Translations under genes and position numbers: made by a program
Shown: piece by piece, positions 1-12,641 of the stretch
Layout of the letters: every line of letters starts with the position of its first letter
Position numbering within the stretch: the first letter of the stretch is position 1
Notes under the pieces: generated by a model
Told to the model about the DNA's origin: nothing
Databases searched by the model: none
The model's input: only the letters and a program-made list of their open reading frames with translations
From: Squalus acanthias
Taxonomy: Eukaryota
DNA: 64,000 nt
Direction: 5' to 3'
Assembly: GCA_030390025.1 (NCBI GenBank)
Contig: CM059432.1
Span: forward strand, 43,774,001-43,838,000

Positions 1-309
1 GTAGAACTAGTTCTGCTGAGAGAGTTTGAGGAGCTAGGGTAGAAATTAAAACGCAGAACCTCACAGGTAATAATTTCTGGATTGTTACCTGAGCCACGTG
101 CAAATTGGCAGAGGGACAAACAGATTAGAAGGTTAAATGCATGGCTCAAAGAGTGGTGTGGGAGGCAGGGGTTTCAATTCTTGGGGCACTGGCACCAGTA
201 CTGGGGAAAGAGGGAGCTGTTCCGTGGGGATGGGCTCCACTTAAACCGGGCTGAGACCAGTGTCCTGGCGAATCGAATAACTAGGGCGGTAGATAGGGCT
301 TTAAATTAA
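1..309 (+). pseudogene. CR1 ORF1 C-terminus (SGNH/GDSL esterase-like), in-frame stop at 40-42
   Basis: LNAWLKEWC...FLGHW...DGLHLN motif typical of CR1 ORF1 esterase. Confidence 0.85.
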
Positions 310-499
310 TGAAAGGTGGGGGGGGTGGTGAGCGGGAGGATTCAGGAAAGAGTAAATTCAAAAGCAGTAAGAGAAATGTCAAGGCTGTAGAGCAGAGTAG
401 TGATCTAGGTAAAGATAAGCAGAGTGGGTCAGGAAGGGACAGAAAGATTAATAAAGGTAATAGGGCATTAGTGACTAAAGTGACATCAGGAAAAAATAG

Positions 500-3400
500 A
501 AAAAGGTTAAAGCTAAAAGTACTATATCTGAATGCACGAAACATTCACAACAAAATAGATGAATTAATAGCCCAGATAGAAATAAATAGGTTTGATTTAA
601 TAGCCATTACAGAGGTGTGGTTGCAGAGTGACCAAGGTTGGGAACTAACTATTCCAGGATATTTGACTTTTAGATGAGACAGGCAGAATGGAAAAGGAGG
701 AGAGTTAGCCCTGATAATAAAGGAGGAAATAAAAACAGTAGAGAGAAAGGATCGTGGCTTGGAAAAACAAAACAGAATCAGTTTGGGTGGAGCTAAGAAA
801 CAACAAGGGGCAGAAAACACTAGTGAGAGTAGTCTATAGGCCCCCTAACAGTGGTTGTAGTGTCGGGCAGAGTATAAATTGGGAAATTAGAGATTCACGT
901 AACAAGGGTAATACAGTAATCATGGGGGACTTTAACTTTCATATAGACTGGGCAAACCAAATTTGCAGAAATAGTGCAGAGAAAGAGTTCATGGAATGCA
1001 TTCAAGATAGTTTTCTAGATCAGTATGTCAAGGAACCTATGAGGGAATTGGTTATTTTAGATCTAGTACTGTGCAATGAGACAGTGTTAATTAATAACCT
1101 TGTAGTAAAGGAGCCTCTGCGGAGCAGTGATCATAATATGATAGAATTTTATGTTGAGTTTGAGAGTGATTTAGTTAAGTCTGAAACTAGGGTCCTAAAC
1201 CTGAGCAAAGCAAACTACGTAGGTATGAGAGGTGAGTTGGCTAAGGTCGGTTGGGAAGCTAAATTAAAACATATGACAGTAGTAAAGCAATGGCAAACAT
1301 TTAAAGAAATAATTCATAATTGGCAATGAATATACATTCCCTTAAGGAATAAAAACACCACAGGAAAAATGGTCCAACCATGGCTAACAAGAGAAATTAA
1401 AGATAGCATTAGATTAAAGGAAGAGGCTTATAATGTTGCCAAAAAGAGTAGTAAGCCTGAGGATTGGGAGTATTTTAGAATTCAGCAAAGGAGGACCAAG
1501 AAATTGATAAAGAAAGGGAAAATAGAATATGAGAGTAAACTAGCGAGAGACATCAAAACAGACTGAAAAAGCTTCTATAGGTATGTAAAAAGGAAAAGAT
1601 TAGCGAAAGAAAACATGAGTCCCTTACAGGCTGAGACAGGAGAAATTATAATGGGGAATAAGGAAATGGCATAGAAATTAAACAAATACTTTGGCCGCGA
1701 TTTTACCAGTGCTCAGAGGGCAGGTTTGGAGGTGGGTCATAGGTTAAATTCATTTTGATTGATGGCGGGTTCCGATCCCGCCGTCAACCCACCTCCAAAC
1801 AGCTTTCCCAAGTGTTGGGTCCCCGATTTGCGAATGGACCTGACACCTAGCAGCGGGAAGTGGATTAAAGGCAATTACCTGCCTATTAACAGGTACTTGC
1901 CAGTAGTTGTCAGCCTATTTTTGGATTTTCCGCTTCTGGCTCGGGTTTCCCAACTTCCGGACACCACACCAGGTAAGTGTGGTGTGTTGTGAGTCTGCTG
2001 TAATGTTTCTGGATTGATGACAGCTGCAGAAGTGGTGTGAAGGATCCAATGTTGCACATGGTGAGTCTCAGAGGAAAGAAAATGTTGGGTACTGCATTTT
2101 TAATACATTTACAGATTTCTTTAGCTTACAAGTTTTAAATCCATGTCCAGCGCCACCTCATTGGGAAAACCTCTCTCACCAGTGACAGATCGCTTCTGTC
2201 ATCTCACCTGCAGCTGCGATCTATTCCAGCCTATGGAGGGAGTCATTGGAGAGCCTGGGTGCAAGAGTTCACCTTTGTGCAGTGATTGTCAGTGTTTTCA
2301 GCACCTCAATGCTGTCAAACACTGAGAAATCAACTGTCAAAATAAAATTGTACGTGATCCCTTTAAGGAAACCAGCAGATGACATGTCATCAAATGACAT
2401 CATCTGACCTGCTTCCTATTAACTGGCTGGCAAGCCCGCAGGGCGGGCTTAACAAGGTCAATCAAGGGAAAATCACGTCTGTGGAGTGGAAGCAGCTGGG
2501 GGCAGGACCGGAAGTCGAAAACCAGCTGACCCGCACTCAACCCACCTCCATTAATAAAATCGCGGCCTGAGTGTCTGTCATCACGGAAGAAGACTCAAAA
2601 ACTTCCCGGAAATAGTGGAGAACCAAGGGTCTAGCGAGAATGAGGAACTGAAAGAAATTAGTATTAGTAAAAAAAAAGTTCTGGAGAAATTAATGGGACT
2701 GAAATCCGATAAATCCCATAGCCCTGATGGCCTACATCCTAGGGTTTTAAGAGAGGTGGCTATAGAGATAGTGGATGCATTGGTTGTCATCTTCCAAAAT
2801 TCCATAGATTCTAGAACGGTTCCCATGGATTGGAAGGTAGCAAATGTAACCCCACTATTTAAGAAAGGAGGGAGAGAGAAAACGAGGAACTACAGACCAG
2901 TTAGCCTGACATCAGTAGTAGGGAAAATGCTAGAATCTATTATTAAGGACATGGTAACAGGGCACTTAGAAAATAATAATAGGATTGGGCAGAGTCAACA
3001 CGGATTTATGAAAGGGAAATCATGTTTGACAAATCTGTTAGAGTTTTTTGAGGTTGTAACCAGCAGAATAGATAAGGGGGAACCAGTAGATGTGGTATAT
3101 TTGGATTTTCAGAAGGCATTCGATAAGGTGCCACACAAGAGGCTATTAAACAAAATTAGGGCTCATGGATTGGGGGTAATATACTAGCATGGATTGAGGA
3201 TTGGTTAATTGACAGAAAACAGAGAGTAGGAAAAAACGAGTCCTTTTTGGGTTGGCAGGCTGTAACTCGTGGGGTACCGCAGGGATCAGTGCTTGGGCCT
3301 CAGCTATTCACAATCTCTATCAATGATTTAGATGAGGGGACCAAATGTAATATATCCAAGTTTGCTGATGATACAAAGCTAGGTGGGAATGTAAGTTGTG

Positions 3401-4155
3401 TGGAAGATGCAAAAAGGCTTCAAGGGGATATAGACAAGCTAAGTGAGTGGGCAAGAACATGACAAATGGAATATAATGTGGAGAAATGTGAAGTTATCCA
3501 CTTTGGTAGGAAAAATAGAAAAGCAGAGTATTTTTTAAATGGTGAGAGATTGGGAAATGTTGGTGTTCAGAGGGACCAGGTTGTCCTTGTACACGAATCA
3601 CTGATAGTTAACATGCAGGTACAACAAACAATTCGGAAAGCAAATGGTATGTTGGCCTTTATTACAAGAGGATTTGAGTATAAGAGTAAAGACGTCTTAC
3701 TGCAATTATATAGGGCCCTGGTGAGACCACACCAGTTTTGGTCTTCTTACCTAAGGAAGGATATACTTGCCATAGAGGGAGTACAACGAAGGTTCACCAG
3801 ACTGATTCCTGGGATGGGGGGATTGTCCTATGAGGACAGATTGAGTAGACTAGGCCTATATTCTCTGGAGTTTAGAAGAATGAGAGGTGATCTCATTGAA
3901 ACATACAAAATTCTTACAGGGCTTGACAGGGTAGATGCAGAGAGGATGTTTCCCCTGGCTGTGGAGTCTAGAACCAGGGGTCACAGTCTCAGAATAAGGG
4001 GTTGGCCATTTAGGACTAAGATGAGAAATTTCTTCACTCAGAGGGTGGTGAATCTTTGGAATTCTCTACCCCAGAGAGCTGTGGAGGCTCAGTCGTTGAG
4101 TATATTTAAGACAGAGATCGGTAGATTTTTGGATATTAAGGGACTCAAGGGATAG
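500..4155 (+). pseudogene. CR1 ORF2 (APE endonuclease + reverse transcriptase), fragmented by stops, frameshifts and an insertion; start approximate
   Basis: ORF-track pieces 309-677, 754-1329, 1369-1566, 2615-3187, 3247-3462 and 3466-4155 are collinear parts of one EN-RT protein. Confidence 0.93.
1693..2567. mobile_element. Non-autonomous PIF/Harbinger element inside CR1 ORF2
   Basis: 13-bp perfect TIR GGCCGCGATTTTA; CR1 sequence resumes on both sides; right end resembles that of 41874-43634. Confidence 0.85.
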
Positions 4156-6532
4156 GGGGATAGTGTAGGAAAGTGGAGTTGAGGTAGAATCTTATTGAAT
4201 GGCGGAGCAGGCGCGAAGGGCCGAATGGCCTACTCCTGCTCCTATTTCTTCTGTTCTTCTGTTCTTAAAAACATATCTATATTCTTACAGTATCATCTGG
4301 TCAACACCATTAAATCTAGGCCTATATTCAATGGAAATAAAAATCAAAAGAGATGTAAAATGGACTGCCGATTCACTATCACCCATTCTACACTATTGCA
4401 CAATGTCAAAATAACCCCCTATTTCCTTAACTAAACGCTTTCAGTAAATGACGCCACAATTGGAGTGAATAGTGAATATGTAAATCACATTGTTTTTCTT
4501 AACAGTGCCTACTGTATATACTTTGATAGAAAAAAATTACCATAATTGATTAACAACTTCAGCTTGCTTCCACCATGGGAACAACTGGAAGACGTACTGC
4601 ATATGAATCAGAAACTGGAACTGAGAAGTAGCTACACTTGATTTTGAAGCAAACACCAGAACTGAACAGCGCCCTTGTAAGTTCCATATGAACACTTAAA
4701 AACAAGCAATTTATAACGTACGATGCTAACAGTGGTTACTGCCTGCATTACAGTGCTGAAAGATTGCGGCTCTCAGTGTATCTAATATTTTTTTTTTCGA
4801 GTCATCTTTTCCAATGTTTGCAGGATTCAGTACCAGTGTAGCAGAAACCACCTACATCCTATCAGTTAACAATGTTTCCAATGGGAATCCTTGAAAGCAA
4901 CCAATTCCATACAAATTCTCTATGTAGATATAAGAATGTTTATCAGGTTCTCTTATGCCTGTAGATAGACCTCTGTGCAAAGTAAACATTTGACTCCATT
5001 TTAAATGTTATCTGAATGGACTGTATATAAATACCGTAATAAATTGTTGCTACTTTGCAGGGACATCTGTTTGCAATTAATCAAACAGCTGATTGCTATT
5101 CCTTACTGATATTCATCATCCCAGTCACAGCAGTGATTCAAAATGGAAAAGCATGATTTTTAAGTCATAAAATGCAACCAAATGTTTTTACACAATCATA
5201 AAAGCAGAATGTAAGTTTTGATCTCTGAATACAGGATATATTTTGACAAAAATGGAAGTAGTATTTTTTCTTATTGTAGATGTATTTGGTGCCAGTCTGT
5301 CCACTTGAAATATAAAATAATTTGTTCGCCTTGGATGCCACTTCTCTATGCAAGACCAGCACACTCTGGTCCAGAGAGCTTAGGTACTAGCTGGTAACAC
5401 CCGCTGCCCAGATGTGTGCAGGAGCACTGCTGGAATTTAACCAGTTAAACCCCTGTAGCTTACCAAAGTAGTTTCCCGCTGCTTATCCAGCCAGAGCCAT
5501 CCTTCCCTGTTAAGGCATTTGTGTGAAGTGTTATCTGGAACTGAGTGGGAAGAAACCCTGCTCCCACTGACAGGTCTATTCCTCTTGATGCCAACAATGA
5601 ACCAGGTTAGCAGGTCAATCATCGTGTCCTAGAAAACTGCAGTGCTGCCTGGTTTCATGTAGGTTTGCCGAGTCTGATGTATTTAGTTGGAGACTCAAGC
5701 ACAGATCACTCATTGCCCTAGCAGGAGATCTCGGAATCCCTCACTGATGGTCTCTTTCCAAGTGCAAGCTTTATCACATGTTGGATTTTGGAGCTTAGCA
5801 CAATGACTATATATGGCTCACTGGCAGTCTGCAGAGCGGATAATCCTTGTGGGCACTGCATTATCCAATTGTGTAACCATTGCTTGCATCCTGCCCTGCA
5901 AAGAGGTAAATGACTCGTGCATCTATTCAAGCTTTTGAAATATTGTCCATTTCAACCAGTACCGTAACAATGCTAGGCCGCATTCATCAACATCTAGCCC
6001 TTCGTCAACCCTCACATCTACACCTTTCTCATTGTGTGAAATGATTCGCCCTGTGTATATTCTTCTAAGTCTATGCACCTCCCAGGAAGTGTTTGTCTGG
6101 ACTGTTGTCTGCTTCAAATGATGATGAAACAAGGTGCTGTGGTAAGGCCCATTGCTTAGAGAGCTTAGCTTGCAGCTCTGGTTTCACCATTACTGTCATA
6201 ATAAGAAAAGAGCATATGATAAGCACGTGTGGATATTTTGCCATGTTGTAATTACACAGAAAATACATAACACACTTCACAGCACTCTACATTCATTGTT
6301 TCAACTTGCTGAAACACAACTGCACTGAAAAGATGGATGAGTTCAATTAACCAAGTTTCTCTCTCCCATCCAATGACTCCCCATTATCATTTTTTTGAAG
6401 GGGGTGAGATGGGGTGGCTTGCTGATACCCTCTGCCCATCTATGCTTAGTTTTAGAATTTTGACTGCTTCCAACATCATTTGCATAAGTGAACCACAGGG
6501 TAGATTTAACAAATTTATGCTCCTGGCACAAA

Positions 6533-7250
6533 GGGCTAGAAATTGGGTACCTTAGCGCCGCCCGTTAGTACCTCTGGGGGGCGCTAACGGGACGCAAACA
6601 TCTTTTCGCCTGGGAGCGGTGCCGCTAACGACTCCTGCTAAATTCAGCGGGAGTTTAGCAGCGGCGGTAACCGGTAGTGCCCTGCGCCGCTGCGCAGGCG
6701 ATGACGATGTCATCACCATGCGCAGCGCCCCGTTTCACCCCGCCTGCAAAATTGGCCCGCGCCCCCTGAATCTGCGCCGGACGATGACAGCGACCGACTC
6801 AGGGGGCGGGAACGGAGCGGCAGGAGGCTCGCGGGGCGCTAAGTAAAGGGGAGGTGGCGGGTGGGGAAAAAAAATCAGCCAACTTACTTGTCACGGCCCG
6901 TTGCGTCTTTGAACACAGGGTCCGTGCTGCGATCTGGCAGCCCCTCCTCTTGTGTGCCGGGCTGCTGGCACGGCACTCCACTCCCCGGTGGTCCAGGTAG
7001 GGCCCCGCAGAGTTGTAGTCTTGGACCCGCCCCTTTAATGAGGGGAAGAACCCTACCATGCAGCAGCGCTACGTGGCCCAGTGCATAGCGCTGCAGAACG
7101 CGGGGTTAGCGCTCTAAGAAGAAAGTTCTACCTCCCTCTTGGGGCACTAAAACTGAATTTCATGGTCGCTGGCGTCAATTAGCCCCGGCGCTAAAGTTAG
7201 CGCCCAGGTGATGTTAACGACCCAAAATGGTCGATACTGAATTTTTCCCC
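6533..7250. mobile_element. Non-autonomous Harbinger element (AGCGCC-rich subterminal family)
   Basis: Imperfect TIRs GGGCTAGAAATT / AATTTTTCCCC, AAA on both flanks, subterminal sequence similar to the ends of 30943-35092 and 59029-60355. Confidence 0.75.
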
Positions 7251-7400
7251 AAAAGCTTTTAATACCAGGAGCACATCTTGGTTAATCAGTTGGACTTCGG
7301 CAAGCTTCCCAGGATCTTCCATTCAGTTCCCAGTGCACAAAGGTCTATGTTGAGACCGCCACTTCATAACAATCATGTTCCTCACAATGTGAAACCTGAA

Positions 7401-7672
7401 GGGCTGGATTTTGATACTGGGGCGGGTTGGGGTCGTGTTATCCACTCTTCGTGTTATCCACCCGACTGCAATTGGATGTGGGAGATTGATGCGATTTTCA
7501 CCTAATTGGGCAATTGAGTTCCAGCATGTGGGAACCCATGAACTAATTAGTGTTTTCAGTCTGAAAGTCGCCTCTGATGATGTCATCATTGCTGCTGCAT
7601 TGAAGGTCTGTAAAGACTGCCTGGCCTTTGCTGTGAGAGGACCTGGATGCAAAAGTCTGCTCCCAGATATTT

Positions 7673-7705
<33 letters not shown>

Positions 7706-8137
7706 CTGGCCTTTGCTGTGAGAGGACCTGAAGGCAAAATGAGCAGCAGCAGCCCTACGTCTGCTCCCAGATATTTTTCCTATTACTACTTCTCCATTGT
7801 AATAGTGGACCTGCAGCTGATAGTCAGCTTTCGAAATGTGCTCCCACCAGGTTTCACAATCATGGTTCAGAACAGGCGTGTTTCACGTAGAACAAGGGTT
7901 AAAATCACAAAGGCCTTTCAAAATGGCATTATAGAGCCAATTTAGTGCTTGTTAAGGGCCTTAACAGCCTATCCCATCTCTTAGAGGCGGGACAGAGTCG
8001 GGACCAGCAGACACGATTTAATGAAAATTGCGTGGAGGCGGGATGGAGGCGGACTTGTGCCCGCCTGCCAGTTTTCGCAATTTTAACCCCCCACACGTCT
8101 CCAAACCCGCCTCCACGGGTCAATGAAAATCCAGCCC
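7401..8137. mobile_element. Non-autonomous Harbinger MITE with internal (GA)n
   Basis: TIR GGGCTGGATTTT / AAAATCCAGCCC, GAA TSD; second copy at 43638-44453. Confidence 0.9.
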
Positions 8138-9073
8138 GAAATCTCTCTACTGTATTGAGTTAGCATAGCCCAGGGCTAATAATTGCCCTATTTAACAGTA
8201 ATATTGAGCACCAAAACTTACATAGGATTCCCACTATGTCTCCTGTTAACCCCAAAGGCAGACAATATTAAATACTAGATCCACTTCATACAGGCTGAAA
8301 CTACTCATCATAGAAACACATAAAAGTTACAACATGGAAACTGTCCATTTGGTCCAACCAGTCCATGTCAGTGTTTACCCTCCACATGAGCAAACAATCC
8401 TGATCACATTTACTTGCACCATTCTCATATCCCTTTAATCGTTTATCATTCATTCAACTATCCAATCTAATCTTGAATATTGACATAGTTTCTGCCTCAA
8501 CCATTAACCCTGGAATGAATTCCTTAGTCTCAGAACTATGTAAAGAGGTATATCTTTGTTTTAAATGTCTTGCATCTATGGCCCCTCATTTAGATCTCTC
8601 TACTACTTAAAATAGGCTGCTTCTAGCTACACTACCCATCGTTTCATAATTTTAAACACTTCTATAACATAACGTTGTAACCTGTGCTGTTCTAATAAAT
8701 AAACAATATTTTAAGGGGGCAAAATTCATTATCGCCCAGGAATGGGCGCTAACTTATGAAAAATTTGAGATTTAGCTCCAGGCGCTAATGAATCTCGCTG
8801 CAAGCAAAACTAAGTGTCATCGCTCAAAGAAAGGATGGGAGCGCTAAATCAAGCGCTCACGGCCTAGCTCAGTGGCGATAGACTCAAAGCTCTAAGCAAT
8901 ATCAGGTGCAGTCTAATCGCTAGTCATCATTGCCACAGGCTCTTTCCAGTTCTTAAAGGGGAGGTTCAATCATGTAGCAGAACCTCATTCTCAGCATTGC
9001 TGGTTCTGCAGCTATCTCAGCAAGCAGCAGAAGGCCAAGGAGAAGGAACCAGACCATTGAAGGAGGTGTCATT

Positions 9074-11303
9074 ATGGCAGATCCACAACCCAGGGAGAGA
9101 GCCTGCAGATTCTGCGATGAAGCACTGGAGGCTTTGGTTTTCGCTGTGGAGGGATGGAGGGCGGTGCTCTACCCGGCAAGTGGCAGGAGGCCCTCGCCAC
9201 AAGTCTTCCGCACCATGTGGAGGGAGGTAGCCCAGCAGGTCTCGGGCAGCACTGTGGTCCCCAGAACCCACACACAGCGCAGGAAGAAATTTAACGACCT
9301 CACTCAGGTGGTCAGTGTGACTGCATGCTTCAACAAATGCTACATACCACCACCTGAACCACACTCTTCACACACTGCCCAAAGCACCACAGCCCCAGCA
9401 CTCACCCACCAACAATCTCTACCGACCAACACTCACACCCACATCTCACACCTTGCACACAATGACAGCTATTCAACTATGGCAGGCACATCTCCCAAAC
9501 ACACAGCTCCACACTCACTCACACACTTTCCTTTCTCTTGCAGGCCAAGGTCGCTCACAACAGGAGGGAGCAGGAGCGCACAGGCGGGGTCAACCTCATA
9601 CCCAACTACAAGATGCACTGCAGCAACTCACCAAGGCTTCTTCGGCAGCACCTCTCAAACCCACGACCTCTACCACCTAGAAGGACAAGGGCAGCAGGCG
9701 CATGGGAACACCACCACCTCCAAGTTCACCTCCAAGTCACACACTATCCTGACTTGGAAGTATATCGCTGTTCCTTCATTGTCGCTGGGTCAAAATCCTA
9801 GAACTCCCTACCTAACAGCACTGTGGGAGCACCTTCAGCACACGGACTGCAGCGGTTCAAGAAGGCGGCTCACCACCACCTTCTCGAGGGCAATTAGGGA
9901 TGGGCAATAAATGCTGGCCTTGCCAGCGATGCCCACATCCCATGAACGAATAAAAAGAAACACTTTCTGAGCTGGAGGAAAGAGTGCTGCAAATCACTGG
10001 GTGCCAGGTGGTGGGCGCCGTGGCCACCGGCGACGTTGACCCCCTTGGGGACAACAACGGTATGTTCATCCCTACTCCTTCTTCTCAAATCCCACTTCTC
10101 CCTCACCCCACAAGCCTTTCCCACTTTCCAGCTAATCATGCTGTATGCATGCATTTCTCTCTTCCTGCCCCCCTCCCCTCACCTTAACCTGACTCTTGTG
10201 CCTTTATGCTTTCAGATAATGAGCAAGCACCTGAACAGCACTGTTGAGAGCGAGGCGGGAGAAGAGGTGGAGGAAGAACACACCACGTCACTGCATGTCT
10301 CACCCACAGGCACCAGCTCAGATACTGGCACTAAGCGTTCTTTAGCGGCTAGTATAGTAGCGGGATCTGCACAGGGTGCTGCACCGGGGACGAGTGGGCT
10401 GCAGCAAGGCCAAGGGGATAGGGTAGCTCAGGAGTCAGCTCCCCGGAGGGCGAGTTCGCGCATGAGTTCTGTTGCACAGGACTCAGATGAGGACCTCAAT
10501 GGGGAGGCCTTTAGAAGAAGGGTGATGGGCATGCACACGGAGATGATAGGTGCAATGGCAAGGGTGCCCGAGAGCCTCTCGGCAATGGTAAGGAGTGTGG
10601 ATGAGTTCACCTCCAACATTGCACAGAGCTCTGCGCACACCATGGAGCCCATCATTTGCAGTCTGCAAAGAATGGTGGTCTCCCAGAGAAACCATGGCGA
10701 CCCAGACCTCATGCCGCGTGTGATGGGCGATGTCGTAGCTTCCATTGCAGCACAGGCGGAAGCCACGCAACGTCTTAGTGCTGTAATGCAGTCTATGCTT
10801 GGTGCCATCGAATCTCAGACTGCTCTCACGCAGTCTCAGCTTGATGCCACGCAAGCTCTGACTGCTGCCATCGTGGCTGGGTCGACCACCGTCCACCGGG
10901 GCTTTCACGGTGTCGCAGCAGGCCAGCAATCTGTGCTCCAGCAGATTGGTAGTGATGCTGAGGTGCTGCCCCGGGGGAGTGGCAGTGGGTCAGTGGAGCA
11001 GGACCTGCTGTCCTCTCTCAGGATGACAGCATTCCTGCTCCCACCACTGCCACTCTGCCATTGCCCTTGTCGCTGCCTGTAATCCAGCCAGCCCAGACCG
11101 CTGCTGCCCATGCTGAGGTGGTGCAGTGTACAGCCGGGCATTCCAGGGCCACAGCTGGTCGAGGGCATCCTGTAAGGCCATCTGAAGTCTCCCACATGGA
11201 CACGCAGCAGCTTTCCACCTGCCATGCTGCACTTCGTAGGAACACTAGAGTAGGCAAAGGCACAGTAACAAGAGGCACTAAGCGATTGCACAAGGGTGAA
11301 TAG
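9074..11303 (+). pseudogene. Harbinger Myb/SANT-like DNA-binding protein gene; predicted exons 9074-9316, 9544-10059, 10216-11303
   Basis: RF..EALEALV...W.EVA..V...RT..Q.RKKFNDL and REQERTGG motifs; GT-AG introns at the same positions as in H2 and H3; frameshifts and a LINE insertion in exon 2. Confidence 0.85.
9604..9960 (+). mobile_element. 3' end of a non-LTR retrotransposon (CR1/L2-group, distinct from the CR1 families here) inserted in Myb exon 2
   Basis: Encodes YKMHC...YRCSFIVAGSKS*NSLP...; ends in an A-rich tail; same family as 21846-23540. Confidence 0.8.
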
Positions 11304-11468
11304 CTAATATTGTTGTTGTAAATATGTGTTCACTAATTATTGATAAATTTATTAATTGGTTTTAGATGATTTTGTGGTGTCTCTCATTTCAGCTTTGCGC
11401 TGTGATATGGCCTGTGACAGAGATGGAATGATGGGGATGTGGTGAGCAACGGGGATCTGGGGTTTAAT

Positions 11469-12641
11469 TTATTGGAACCACAGTCTGATGAGGCGATCTT
11501 CCAGAAGGCCGATTGAGTGGCTGCCTCCTCCCTCACGCCTGTTCCTCCTCCTCAACCTCCTCCTCGTCTTCTGCTTCCTCCTCCTCCTCCTCCTCTCCCT
11601 CTTCCTCCTCCTGAGGTGGTCCCACAATCCCTGCTGGCAAGGGCTGGGCCCTCATGATGGCCAGATTGTGGAGCATGCAGTAGACCACGATGAAATGGGA
11701 CACTTGCTCCGGCAAGTACTGGAGGGCTCCTCCTGAGCAGTCACGGCAGCGGAACTGTTGCTTGAGCACCCTGATGGTCTGCTCGATGATGTTCCTTGTT
11801 GCAGCATGACTCTCATTATATGAGTGCTGGGCAGGAGTGTTGGGGCTGCAGAGGGGAGTCATGAGCCAGGTGGAGAGCGGATAGCCCTTGTCTCCGACCA
11901 GCCAGCCGTGAGCTTGATGTGGTGGCTGGAAGCGTGCTGGCACATCGGTCTGGTGCAGTATTGGGCTCTATACTACAAGATAGGTGACATTCACATTGAG
12001 GATTCACTGTCTGTGGTCGCACACCGACTGCACATTAAGTGAGTGGTAGCCTTTGCGGTTAGGGAAGACCTCAGGATTGTTATGAGGTGCCCGCTAAGTC
12101 ACGTGGGTGCAGTCAATGGCGCCTGGACCATGGGGAAGCCCGCTACCCTGGCAAAGCCACATGCACGCTCGTCCTGCTTCTCTCTGGTGATGGGGAAAGA
12201 AATATAGTCCCTTCTCCTACTGTAGAGAGCCTCTGTAACCTCTCGGATGCAGCGATGGATGCCGAACTGCGAGATGTTCGCTATATCTCCTGTTGCAGAC
12301 TCGAAGGAACCGCTGGCAAAGAAATTGAGAGCGACCGTGACCTTGACTGCCACTGAGAGAGCCGTGGTCGACCTGATCTGAGGCTCGAGGTCTGGTTGCA
12401 GGAAGTGGCAGAGTTCTGTGACCACATCCTTGCTGAAGCAGAGCCTTCTAATACACTGCTCCCTGCTTAATTGGAGGTAGGAGAAGTGCTCTCGGAATAC
12501 CCTCGGAGGGTAAGGCCTCCTGTTGAGAGGCCTGATGGCCCTCCTCCTCCCTCTGGTCACATGTTCCAGTCTTTCTCGCTGCCTGCGCTCCCTCCGCTGT
12601 AGATCCTGGAGGGCGAGGTCGACTGCCAGTACAGCGCCCAG
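11469..12641 (-). pseudogene. Harbinger (HARBI1-like) DDE transposase of H1
   Basis: RRPYPPRVFRE, VKVTVALNFFASGSF, GFPMVQ, WLVGDKGY, IEQTI..LK, C.LHN and a C-terminal poly-Glu tract; start degenerated to CTG; frameshifts. Confidence 0.92.

Larger units (their letters stand above)
1..4266 (+). mobile_element. CR1 LINE (family A), near full length, 5' end outside the window, interrupted by a Harbinger derivative at 1693-2567
   Basis: Esterase-type ORF1 end, APE endonuclease (YLNAR, MGDFN, SDH), RT ([29 protein letters not shown]), C-terminal WNSLP, 3' UTR stem-loop and TTCT-rich tail. Confidence 0.95.

Noticed and set aside
5923..6132. Host exon with DVDEC (EGF-like)
   Set aside because: No further EGF cysteine pattern and no clear splice sites
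7270..7400. LF-SINE-like fragment
   Set aside because: Only a short resemblance (CAGTTCCCAGTG.ACA) recalled from memory; too weak without an alignment
9074..9910. 278-aa single-exon ORF
   Set aside because: Read-through of exon 1 into an intron and a LINE insertion
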